Assembly: GCA_964394985.1 (NCBI GenBank)
Contig: CAYMZK010000001.1
Span: 63,957 to 127,956 of the forward strand
Direction of reading: 5' to 3'
DNA: 64,000 nucleotides
Source: an uncultured Candidatus Saccharibacteria bacterium
GTDB taxonomy: Bacteria > Patescibacteriota > Minisyncoccia > Minisyncoccales > GWA2-38-27
A program made the translations under genes and the position numbers. Shown in pieces: positions 1 through 8,922 of this stretch. A model generated the notes under the pieces. It saw only the letters and a list, made by a program, of their open reading frames with translations, was not told where the DNA came from and did no database searches. Position 1 is the first letter of the stretch. Each line of letters begins with the position of its first letter.

Positions 1-173
1 AAATATTATCCCTTCAAAGAAACTATCCAAAATCTATTGAAAAATTTGAAGAAATAATAGAAAAAGACAGTATCGTCAAAGAATATGCTATTGCTAACTA
101 TATTGAAGTTCTCAATGTCTACATTTACCAAAATCCAAGAAAAACTATTAACGCTACTCCTCGTGGAATAGAA

Positions 174-818
174 TTGTTAAAAGAAGCTTTAGAAATTAGA
201 CCAAAATATACCAGATACTGGCTATTATTAGGAACCTACTATAATTTATTATTAGAAAACTATTCTGAAATTTATCCTGAATTTGTAGAAGAATGGAAAA
301 ATGGAGCCGAAAGTGCTTTTGACAAAGCGGAAGAATTAAGCCCGAACAGACAAGAAACAGTTCTTAGATGGGCCAAAACAAATATCTTTGTTGGCAATTA
401 CGATAAAGCTGAAGAATTAATAAATAGATGTATTGAGATTAATTCTGATCTAGGAGATTGTTATTGGACTAAAGCTTTGTCTAGGTTTAAACAAAACAAA
501 GCCGAAGAGGCTTTAGAGGCTGTAGAGCTAGCCGAAAAAGCAGGTTATCCGGTCTATACCGATGAAGGAACTATGTTAGAATTGCGCAAAATGTATAGTT
601 ATCTAAAAGATTCTAGTAAATATATCCTTAATCTCTGTAAAGTTTATTACGGACTATTAAATAAAAATTTAGATAATCCGGATTATAGCGTTAGAGCTTT
701 AGCTTGCTACATTAAAGAAGGCAAGACAGAAGAAGCCGAAAAACTTGCTAAGTATCTACGAACTTATCATCCCCAAGTCAAGGAAACAGTAAACAACCTA
801 ATGAATCAAATCCAATAA
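174..818 (+). CDS. TPR-like helical repeat protein
   Basis: Composition typical of TPR/helical repeats (LLLGTYYNLL, YWTKALSRF). Convergent with the next gene, with a GC hairpin between them. Confidence 0.5.
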   Translation: MLKEALEIRPKYTRYWLLLGTYYNLLLENYSEIYPEFVEEWKNGAESAFDKAEELSPNRQETVLRWAKTNIFVGNYDKAEELINRCIEINSDLGDCYWTKALSRFKQNKAEEALEAVELAEKAGYPVYTDEGTMLELRKMYSYLKDSSKYILNLCKVYYGLLNKNLDNPDYSVRALACYIKEGKTEEAEKLAKYLRTYHPQVKETVNNLMNQIQ

Positions 819-821
819 GCA

Positions 822-844
822 GTTGCTCGGCTTGGCCGAGCAAC
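822..844. terminator. bidirectional stem-loop between convergent genes
   Basis: Palindrome gttgctcggc-ttg-gccgagcaac directly after the stop at 818 and before the stop at 848. The same palindrome recurs in reverse complement at 34141-34163. Confidence 0.5.
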
Positions 845-847
845 CTG

Positions 848-1903
848 TTATTGTAGTTGGGAGAGATAGATTTGGATTAGTTGGTTTAAGAGATCTATTA
901 TTTGTTGCTGAATAGCCTTTATTTGCTCTTCTAAGAGCTCTTGAGAGCTTTTGGATTCTTCTGGCTCTTCTTCTGGCTCCTCTGGTGTTTCCGGTTCTTT
1001 TGGGGTGTCTGGTTGAGGTGGTTCTGGAGCCTCAACGGTTATCTCTATTTTGTCTCCATTTTCTTCGGTGTTTCCTAGCCAATCTTCTGACTTTGTTTCT
1101 ATGGTATAAGTCCCCTCTTCTATATTATTCCATTGGTATTGCCAGGTAGCATAATTATCTCCGGTTGGCTTTACATCATACCAAGTATCATTTATTTTAA
1201 TTTGAACCCAGGCCGGGGTTGATCCTCCTTGATCTTTGGCTTTTCCTTGAATAGTGATGGTGTCTGATTGAGTTATTTTTTCGGAAGAAAGATTGGTAAT
1301 AACAGATTTTGGCGCAAGATCATCTCTAGAAATAAAATCTCTCAAAGTTTGCTTGCCTGAATTTAAAAGATCTTTGTCGGTTGGTCCATTTTCATCAGCC
1401 ATAAAAATTCCAGTATCTCCAAGATTAAATTTACCATTGTTATTTTTATCATAAAGCTTTGGTATTTTTATTTGAAAATAATTTCCAGCAGTTGCCGATT
1501 CAACTGTTTCGGTACTGATAAAAAATCTTAGCCCACTTTCTGGTGGTTTTACATAAATATCGGTTAAATACCAAGAGTTATTAGTAGAATCATAACTAAA
1601 ATCCCCTATTTTATTATCTTTACCCATTCCTTGAAAACCCTCTTTATCATCATCACTCCACAAGGTTAATTTACTAAAATCATATCTATTTTCAATACTC
1701 CCTTCGTCTTTAATGCTTAAAGAAATTAAATTTCCTTTACTAGGAAGAGTGAAATCTAAAACTAGTTTGTCATATTCTTGAGGATAAAAATAGCTATCTG
1801 GAACTAAATGAAGAGTAACTTCGTCGGCACTAAAACCCAAAGCCACTGTTGGGATTAATAAACAAACGAGTAGTAAAAGTTTACTTATCTGTGACATTGG
1901 CAT
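848..1903 (-). CDS. secreted hypothetical protein with acidic Pro-rich linker and C-terminal coiled coil
   Basis: N-terminal signal-peptide-like hydrophobic stretch (LLLLVCLLIPTVALG). PEPPQPDTPKEPETPEEPEEEPEE linker. Heptad-like C-terminus. Confidence 0.55.
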   Translation of the reverse strand: MPMSQISKLLLLVCLLIPTVALGFSADEVTLHLVPDSYFYPQEYDKLVLDFTLPSKGNLISLSIKDEGSIENRYDFSKLTLWSDDDKEGFQGMGKDNKIGDFSYDSTNNSWYLTDIYVKPPESGLRFFISTETVESATAGNYFQIKIPKLYDKNNNGKFNLGDTGIFMADENGPTDKDLLNSGKQTLRDFISRDDLAPKSVITNLSSEKITQSDTITIQGKAKDQGGSTPAWVQIKINDTWYDVKPTGDNYATWQYQWNNIEEGTYTIETKSEDWLGNTEENGDKIEITVEAPEPPQPDTPKEPETPEEPEEEPEESKSSQELLEEQIKAIQQQIIDLLNQLIQIYLSQLQ

Positions 1904-1904
1904 A

Positions 1905-2579
1905 TTACTTTAGTTTTTCTAGTTCTCTTTGAACCACTTTATTCTCCGGCATTATCTCTAGAGCTGTTTCATAATACTCAATTGCTTTTTGAGCTTGATC
2001 ATTTCTTTGATAGAAGGTCCCTAGCATAATATATAAATCAACTGGGGCATACTCGTTAATATCTGAGCCCTTTTCAATACCATCTAAAAAAATCTGTTCT
2101 ATGCCTGGATGCTTTTCTGGTATATGAAAACGATAAATCTTTTCTAGTTCTCTATAGGCATTCACCCATTTAGGGGTTTTTTCTATAATCGTTAAATACA
2201 TCTCTTCGGCTTTTTGATAATTTTTTTCAATTAGATAAATATTTCCTAGGTTTTGATAAACAAGGATGCTATCTGGATTAATCTCTAGCGCTTTATGATA
2301 TAATTCCTTGGCTCCATCATAATCTTCTAGCTGATATTTAATTCTGGCAATATCAACTATGGCGGTAACATCTTCTGGACTTTCTTTTAATTTTTCTTTA
2401 GCTTCATTAAGAATAGTTCTTTGATCTTCAGTCAAGTTATCATTTTTTAGCAACTCAACAATTTGTTTTTCGGTTGGAGTTTTGGCTAACTCATCTTTAT
2501 TAAAAATCAAATAAAGACCGCCGATTATAATAACAGCGACAACGATTATAGTGATTATCTTTTTAGTTTTATCATTCAT
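1905..2579 (-). CDS. membrane-anchored TPR repeat protein
   Basis: N-terminal TM helix (IITIIVVAVIIIGGLYLIF) followed by several TPR-like repeats (AKELYHKALEINP, AEEMYLTIIEKTP, AIEYYETALEIMP). Confidence 0.6.
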   Translation of the reverse strand: MNDKTKKIITIIVVAVIIIGGLYLIFNKDELAKTPTEKQIVELLKNDNLTEDQRTILNEAKEKLKESPEDVTAIVDIARIKYQLEDYDGAKELYHKALEINPDSILVYQNLGNIYLIEKNYQKAEEMYLTIIEKTPKWVNAYRELEKIYRFHIPEKHPGIEQIFLDGIEKGSDINEYAPVDLYIMLGTFYQRNDQAQKAIEYYETALEIMPENKVVQRELEKLK

Positions 2580-2688
2580 ATGCTCCTACGAATTACGAAT
2601 TTAATCGAATTGCGAATTTAATTAGTATCTTATTTTTAATTATACAAGATTATACCTTTATTGTAACACAACAAAACAAAAAGAAAAG

Positions 2689-2715
2689 ACCCCCGCTTGA
2701 CGGGAGTCCTTTCCA
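2689..2715 (-). terminator. intrinsic terminator of the giant surface-protein gene
   Basis: On the minus strand, gactccc-gtcaagc-gggggtc followed by ttttctttttgtttt, just downstream of the stop at 2740. Confidence 0.5.
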
Positions 2716-2739
2716 GCTGTGTAAAACGAGCTTACGAGA

Positions 2740-5700
2740 TTAGTACTCGAGAGCGCCACCAGTAATTGGTGTGTTATCGGTAATTGTCTCGTCTACATCG
2801 TTACTAGCAGTGTTTTGCCACTCAATACCTGAAGTTGTAGCATTTAAGCTTCCACTAGGGTTCTTCTTAAGCTCAACTTGTAAGGTCTTGGTGCTTGCAG
2901 CGCCGGTAGTATCACCAAACAATTTAACTGTCTTGGTGGTATCTTCAGCGATTTCTATGGTTGTAGTAAATGGTTCAACATTCTTGCCGTTCATTGTGGC
3001 GTAAGTACCTCCTGTTGGGTATTGATCACCAAATGAGAAACAGCTAGAACCATCGGCTACTGGATCCATTGGGTAGTAAGTACCAGCTCCGGCAATTACA
3101 TCCCAGAAAGAATCGTAACCACTTTGAGTTAATGTTGCGTAAGTTGTACTTTCGCTAACATCTTTCAAGGTTACACTGCCTGTACCAGTAACAGCTGTGG
3201 CACTACCAGTTACACAGAATTCCATTTCATTAATAGTAATTCTGTCACCAATAGCTTGTAAGTCTAATCTTAGAACTTCTTTACCAGCACCAGCGGTTTG
3301 TGAACCTGAAGGTGAACTGCTGTTCTTGCTTACAACTAAGATACCTTTGTATACTTTGTGGTTATAGGAAGCAATAATGTTTCCGGCACCAGTACCCAAA
3401 GAGTCAATGTTAGTTGCGGTTAAAGTAGTTCCAGAGTCAACACCTGTAGCAATCATGCCGTAACTTCCGGCAATAGCGCTACCGTCTTGACTTGCCCAAA
3501 CACTATCATCACCAGTATTATCACCTAGACCAATGGCCAAGGTGGTATTGTCAGTGATTTGGTCTTTAGCATTAAAGTCAACTTTAATGCTTAGAGTTGT
3601 CCAAGTGTCTTTAGGAATAACTATTTCACCAGCAGCAAGCTCAACTGTTGCATAACCGGTTTCATTTAGAGCGTATCCTCCATCGGCGCCAACTTGGTCG
3701 CCCTCAAAGTATACTTTTACTCTATTTACAGCAGCTCTTACAGCAGCGTCAGCTGAAACTCCTCCGCCTCCAGCAGCAACGTACAATCTAGTAATAGCGA
3801 CATTCTCATTTGATGCGTACATCTCATAAGTCATCATTTCATTACCATCTGTTCCGGCTACAAATTGTGCTTTTGCTGGTGTATCAGCAGCAGCAACAAT
3901 CTTTAGAGTTCCAGAAGTTGTAACTGTTTGAGCTTGACCAGTTCCATTATACCCTTCGGTAATAGCAGTTCCGGTTGACCAACCAGTTGAAGTAACAGTG
4001 GCCGTTGAGCCATCAATTAAAAACTGGTGAGGTTGTGCATCAGCACTAGCTGTTACATCGGCCTTTAAAGTCAATCTTGCGACTGTTCCCTTCTTAATTT
4101 TTAGAGGGGTCTTAAAGGTAAATGTAGTTATCGCAGTGGATGCTTGTGTTGCAGTAGATGTAGTTGTTTCAAGTTTTACAAACTCATCAACACCATCAGT
4201 AGTGTCTGGGTCGCCCCATAACTCTAAGTTGATAATGTCGTCTTCGTAACTTGTGTTAGCAGCACTACCATCAGAAGTATCTAAAGTTACGATTTGAGTA
4301 ACTTTTACATCTTCTCCAGATGTTGAAGTATCTAGATCGAAGTAAGCAAAAGTGTAATCTTGAGCGTTTCGAACTACATTACTTGCAGCTGGAGTACCAG
4401 CAGTAACAACCGTCAAGGATGGACCTTGAACAGTTTGAGTATTTCCTGTTCTAGCTGCGGTAGGAGGAACAGTATCACCACTTGATGTTGTGTAAGTGGT
4501 TTTTCCTGAACTAGCCCCTTTAGCAGTTACAGAACTGGCAGGAATCTCAAAGTCAACTGTTTCCTCAGCCTCTATAGAGCTTGAAACATTTGCCTTAATA
4601 TGAACAGTATTTGTTCCAATAGGCAAAGTATAAGCATCGGTAAAGGTTAATGTTTCATCAGTGCTTGCAGCTGTTGTTGATCCGTCTTTTGGACCAAAAA
4701 GAATGTTACCGTCATCATCGTAACCGGTGATGTTAGTAAAGTCTTCTGCGCTAGCAGTGGTTGGGTCAATTAATACTTGTGTTGAAGTAATATTAACTGA
4801 TTCACCGTAGACATTAAAGTCAAAAGCGGCAATTTCAACTTGGCTTGCGCCAATGGCAATATAACCAGTAGCTGGAGTTGCAGATGACTTTTGAACTGTT
4901 AAATAGCCTTGGTTGATTGTTTGTGTTTGACATGTACCAGCGGAAGTACAGAAATCACTTCTAGCTGGAGTTAATCCATAACTATAGGTGTTTCCAATTA
5001 CTTCAATGGTATATGCTGTTCCGTCATGAAGATCAAAAGCAACTGTTCTACCAGAGCCAGAATCGTTCATATCGGCAATAACACTTAACTCAACATAGCC
5101 ACCCTTAGCAACAGAAATATTTAAGTCATTAAAGACTGCTCTACCATCAGAGTTAAGAGAGTCAACAGTAGCTAAAGTTTCTCCTGTACCATCGTTAACT
5201 AATCTAATATTGGTTACATCAGAAGAGGCAACAGTACCGTTCTTAACGGCAGTTAGTTGCTTTACAGTAAGACCTTCAGCAGAACCTGCCACAATCTTAA
5301 CTTGGGTAAATCTAATGTCTTTGTCGTTAGGGTCAACCGTTAAGTTGGTTGTGTTCCTTGTTCCTAGTGAACCATTGTCCAGGGTTGCTGTACCAATAGT
5401 TACTGAAGAAGTAAGGGTTAAGTTATTTCCTTTTAAAGCGAAGTTTCCAGCAACTGAAGTTGCATCTGATGCAATATCATCAGCGGATTCAACACCAAAA
5501 GCTAAAACATTACCATCGTAAGAATCAGACTTTGTCATGCTTACTTTTACGGTAATAGTTTCGGTGGTATTAGCTGGAACCTCAATGGAAATGTTGCTGA
5601 AGTTGGCTTTATGGTTTGAACCAATGCTTTGGCTGTTTCCAATTTGATTACCATCTTCATCAAAAATCTTGATGTTATCAACAGCAGCGTCTTCACTAAT

Positions 5701-6441
5701 TCCTGATCTTAAAATCTTTAAGGCAGTAACCTCAACTGGGCCACCGTTTGCAGTAAGATCAAGTTTTATAGCTGGAACATTGTAGGCAGCAGCTGTAGCG
5801 TTAGCTGGGACGGTTGCAGCAGATGGTGTATCGCTAGCAACAGCAACAGTTAAAGATCCCGGTGAAGCTGTTGTGTCGTCACCAGTATCATCATCGCCTG
5901 TGTCATCATCGCCCGTATCGTCGTCACCGGTGTCATCACCAGTGTCGTCATCGCTAGTGCCGCTAGCAAGCAATTCATTTAACTTAGCTCTGGTTGTTGT
6001 TCCAACATAACCAGTTCCTGAAGTTAAACCATATACTGCTAAGACTTCATTAGCGTATTTTTCCTGAAACTTAATAACAGCACTTTTAGTTTTTGGACCA
6101 AAGTAGCTAGTTTCTTGTCCAGGGCTTCCAACGCCGGCTGAAAGTTGTGTGTCTGAATCAGAGTTAAGAACTATTTGTAAGCACTTAACATCTGCTCCAG
6201 ATTCACCGACTTTCAAGTTTCGGTCGAAAGAAGTAATTGTACAACCAGTTACTGTGCCCCCTCCTGATGAATCACCAGTCATATCAGCTAACTGATCTTG
6301 CAAAACGCTCAATTGATCCAATAAGGTATTAATTTGAGCTTGCAATTCAGCAGCTGTCAAAGCTGATGCAGGTACAGGAGCAACAATCATAGCAGCAACT
6401 GCTAATCCAGTAATAGTTGCAATAATTCTCTGTTTTATCAT
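2740..6441 (-). CDS. giant secreted cell-surface protein with peptidoglycan-binding-like domain
   Basis: 1233 aa with an N-terminal signal/TM segment. The segment GADVKCLQIVLNSD...FGPKTKSAVIKFQEKY resembles PG_binding_1. There is an acidic DDTGDD tandem-repeat linker, then a long Thr/Ser/Gly/Ala/Val-rich beta-rich region. Confidence 0.7.
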   Translation of the reverse strand: MIKQRIIATITGLAVAAMIVAPVPASALTAAELQAQINTLLDQLSVLQDQLADMTGDSSGGGTVTGCTITSFDRNLKVGESGADVKCLQIVLNSDSDTQLSAGVGSPGQETSYFGPKTKSAVIKFQEKYANEVLAVYGLTSGTGYVGTTTRAKLNELLASGTSDDDTGDDTGDDDTGDDDTGDDDTGDDTTASPGSLTVAVASDTPSAATVPANATAAAYNVPAIKLDLTANGGPVEVTALKILRSGISEDAAVDNIKIFDEDGNQIGNSQSIGSNHKANFSNISIEVPANTTETITVKVSMTKSDSYDGNVLAFGVESADDIASDATSVAGNFALKGNNLTLTSSVTIGTATLDNGSLGTRNTTNLTVDPNDKDIRFTQVKIVAGSAEGLTVKQLTAVKNGTVASSDVTNIRLVNDGTGETLATVDSLNSDGRAVFNDLNISVAKGGYVELSVIADMNDSGSGRTVAFDLHDGTAYTIEVIGNTYSYGLTPARSDFCTSAGTCQTQTINQGYLTVQKSSATPATGYIAIGASQVEIAAFDFNVYGESVNITSTQVLIDPTTASAEDFTNITGYDDDGNILFGPKDGSTTAASTDETLTFTDAYTLPIGTNTVHIKANVSSSIEAEETVDFEIPASSVTAKGASSGKTTYTTSSGDTVPPTAARTGNTQTVQGPSLTVVTAGTPAASNVVRNAQDYTFAYFDLDTSTSGEDVKVTQIVTLDTSDGSAANTSYEDDIINLELWGDPDTTDGVDEFVKLETTTSTATQASTAITTFTFKTPLKIKKGTVARLTLKADVTASADAQPHQFLIDGSTATVTSTGWSTGTAITEGYNGTGQAQTVTTSGTLKIVAAADTPAKAQFVAGTDGNEMMTYEMYASNENVAITRLYVAAGGGGVSADAAVRAAVNRVKVYFEGDQVGADGGYALNETGYATVELAAGEIVIPKDTWTTLSIKVDFNAKDQITDNTTLAIGLGDNTGDDSVWASQDGSAIAGSYGMIATGVDSGTTLTATNIDSLGTGAGNIIASYNHKVYKGILVVSKNSSSPSGSQTAGAGKEVLRLDLQAIGDRITINEMEFCVTGSATAVTGTGSVTLKDVSESTTYATLTQSGYDSFWDVIAGAGTYYPMDPVADGSSCFSFGDQYPTGGTYATMNGKNVEPFTTTIEIAEDTTKTVKLFGDTTGAASTKTLQVELKKNPSGSLNATTSGIEWQNTASNDVDETITDNTPITGGALEY
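5881..5955 (-). repeat. in-frame tandem repeat encoding (D)DTGDD units
   Basis: Nucleotide repeats gtcatcatcgcc / gtcgtcatc visible at 5881-5955; the protein shows DDTGDDTGDDDTGDDDTGDDDTGDD. Confidence 0.6.
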
Positions 6442-6578
6442 GTTTTATCTATCTTTGTTTAATTATTATTATTTGTTTCGCGACCATTAGTCGACCATAG
6501 TTCTTTGTCTTTTGAGTATAAATATTTAGCAGCCAGCCGAATACTCAAAAAATAAAGAGTTATTAATGACCTCCATTG

Positions 6579-7271
6579 TTATTTCAAGAGCAAAGATTCC
6601 AAAGCTTTGGAATACTCTCCTTGCTCATAGTCCGTTTTTATACTATTTAATAGTTCCTTCTCTTCTTCTGTTAAATCTTTGGCTTCCATCTCTTCAATTT
6701 CCCTTTTTACCATTTCAGCTAAATAATTATCTAATTTCTCATTATGGCTAATTTCTACTCCAAGAGATTTTACTTCTTCTTCTTTCTTTTCTAATTTCAC
6801 TAATTCATTAGCTATCTTTTTTTCTTCTCCTTCTTTTAGTTCGTTTACTACTTTTTCAACACTCTCTTTATACTCATTTATCGCTGAAGCTAACTTATTT
6901 ACATCATTATCTTTTGCTATCTTAGTTAAATCAGTCAATCTCTTGTTAGCTAATTCTAAATTATGTTTTGATTGATCTTCTTCAGAAACAAAAAAACTTT
7001 GACCTCTTTCAGTCATCTTTTTAATTGAATAAAGAGAACCGCCCGGTACAGAGTTTTGAGCAAAACCAAAAACCCCGATAAAAGCAACTAAAACAGCTAA
7101 TGTACTAAAGGCTAATTTATGTCCTCTTAACTGATCTAAAAAGAATAAAAAACCGAACTTCTCTGAAGTCTGGTCTTTTAGAATTTGACTCTTGGTCAAA
7201 GAAACCCAATCACTATCGGGCTTAATTGACTTGAGCTCCTTTAATTTTTCTGTGAGTTGTTTTTCAGTCAT
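6579..7271 (-). CDS. putative anti-sigma factor (single TM, coiled-coil C-terminus)
   Basis: Immediately downstream of an ECF sigma-factor gene, with a central TM helix (LAFSTLAVLVAFIGVFGF). Assignment is by context only. Confidence 0.4.
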   Translation of the reverse strand: MTEKQLTEKLKELKSIKPDSDWVSLTKSQILKDQTSEKFGFLFFLDQLRGHKLAFSTLAVLVAFIGVFGFAQNSVPGGSLYSIKKMTERGQSFFVSEEDQSKHNLELANKRLTDLTKIAKDNDVNKLASAINEYKESVEKVVNELKEGEEKKIANELVKLEKKEEEVKSLGVEISHNEKLDNYLAEMVKREIEEMEAKDLTEEEKELLNSIKTDYEQGEYSKALESLLLK

Positions 7272-7306
7272 GGTGTTATAGTTATGACGAAGAAATAGCG
7301 CTTCTG

Positions 7307-7834
7307 TTACACCTCTTTAACCTCATCTCTTATTGCTTTTAGCGCTCTATAAATTGTTACCCTAATATTACCCTCAGATTTATTTAAAATTTTAGCAATT
7401 TCTGAAACGCTTAAATCTTCTACATAGCGCATCGCTACTATATCTTGATATTCTGGCTTAATATTACTCATGGCCAATTGTATTTGTCCAAGGTCGGACA
7501 TTTCTAAGCTTTCCTCTTCTAATCCCTTGCTATCATCTACTACCGGAAGATTGTCTATTTGAACAGTTTGAACTTTCCCCTTCTCTCTATAGTGATCAGT
7601 AACTAAATTACGAGCTACTTGATAAAGAAAAGCTTGAGGATTGTCTATTTTCTTCTTATTACCTCTAAAATAATCCCAAGCCCGAACAAAAGTTTCCGAA
7701 CATAGGTCTTTGGCAATATCTTCTGAATTTACTTTTAGGAATATAAAGCGGTAAATTCTTTCTATATGATCATCGTATATTTTAGAAAATATCTTCTTTT
7801 GATTCATCTTAAATGATAGGACAAAAAATGTCAA
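7307..7834 (-). CDS. ECF-type sigma-70 family RNA polymerase sigma factor
   Basis: Region-2-like segment (IYRFIFLKV...AKDLCSETFVRAW) and region-4 HTH (LSVSEIAKILNKSEGNIRVTIYRALKAIR); size 175 aa. Confidence 0.75.
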   Translation of the reverse strand: MTFFVLSFKMNQKKIFSKIYDDHIERIYRFIFLKVNSEDIAKDLCSETFVRAWDYFRGNKKKIDNPQAFLYQVARNLVTDHYREKGKVQTVQIDNLPVVDDSKGLEEESLEMSDLGQIQLAMSNIKPEYQDIVAMRYVEDLSVSEIAKILNKSEGNIRVTIYRALKAIRDEVKEV

Positions 7835-7837
7835 TAT

Positions 7838-8365
7838 TTATGTCCGAGGCAGTGTCCTAACTAATTTATAAAAGGTTTTGTTTCTCTCGCCCATTCTTTT
7901 AACTACCCCCTCTTTCAGTAAGTATTCAAAGTCTCTTCTTAGGGTTCTTTTAGAAACATTGGTTAATATTTTGTTTATCTCCCAAACCTGAACTATTTCT
8001 TTTTTCTCTAATATCTTTATTATCTTTTTTTGTCTTTCTGAAATTTTAACTGAACTAGACTTTATTTCTTTTTGAACTATTTTTTCTTCTTTCTTTTCTG
8101 GTAAATTATCTTTTATTTTACCATACTGTTCTTTAAGACTCAATATGTCAAAATAGCTTACCCAATTCTGCCATTTAGCGATTTCAAAATAGCTATCCAT
8201 TAATTCCAAATCCGCCTTTACTGATTCTTTCTTTAAAGAAATGTAGTTTTCTAAAATCCGATTAGCCACCTCTCTCATTTTGTACCTTAAAGGCTCCTTT
8301 TTAGGGAAAAGTAAAGTAAGCTTGTAGAGCTTATTAGCAAGTTCCGTAATTTCTTCTTGATTCAT
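7838..8365 (-). CDS. hypothetical protein with C-terminal winged-helix (DeoR-like) DNA-binding domain
   Basis: C-terminus KRTLRRDFEYLLKEGVVKRMGERNKTFYKLV resembles a wHTH. Confidence 0.4.
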   Translation of the reverse strand: MNQEEITELANKLYKLTLLFPKKEPLRYKMREVANRILENYISLKKESVKADLELMDSYFEIAKWQNWVSYFDILSLKEQYGKIKDNLPEKKEEKIVQKEIKSSSVKISERQKKIIKILEKKEIVQVWEINKILTNVSKRTLRRDFEYLLKEGVVKRMGERNKTFYKLVRTLPRT

Positions 8366-8367
8366 TT

Positions 8368-8823
8368 TTAAGATTGTTGTGTTAACCGCTCTACTTCTTG
8401 AGTTATTCTTTCTACTTCTTTAGAGATTCGATCTATTTGTTCTTTAATTCTTAATAACTCTTGTTCAGAGTTATCCACAACTAAAGGAACTTCTTTTGTT
8501 TTTTCGTCTTCAGAAATAATTACCTCTTCGGTTGGTTCGTTTTTAATTATGGTGTCTAAATTTTCCAAGCCATCATCTTCTTCAACAACTGGATAATCTT
8601 TTTTCTTTTCAGAAAGCAGACTTTCCATGTCTATGCTCGTCATATCTAAATCGGGGTCTTCTTGAGTAAGATTTATTTCTGTGCCCAAGCCAACTATCTT
8701 AGTCTTTAACCAAGAAAAATATTTTTGTCCGGAGTTATTGTCTTGAAACAAGAAGACACCAACAAAAACAACAGCTAAAAAGACTAGGACAAGAAGTTTC
8801 TTTTTTAAGTTCTTAGAGTTCAT
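8368..8823 (-). CDS. membrane-anchored coiled-coil protein
   Basis: N-terminal TM helix and a C-terminal heptad region (RIKEQIDRISKEVERITQEVERLTQ). Confidence 0.45.
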   Translation of the reverse strand: MNSKNLKKKLLVLVFLAVVFVGVFLFQDNNSGQKYFSWLKTKIVGLGTEINLTQEDPDLDMTSIDMESLLSEKKKDYPVVEEDDGLENLDTIIKNEPTEEVIISEDEKTKEVPLVVDNSEQELLRIKEQIDRISKEVERITQEVERLTQQS

Positions 8824-8922
8824 ATGTCAACCTATTGTTAATCTTAATTAATATTTCATTATACATAACCTAATAGGTCGGTCAACCCCGCACCAATTTT
8901 TATCCTAGGATAGCTGTGTTGA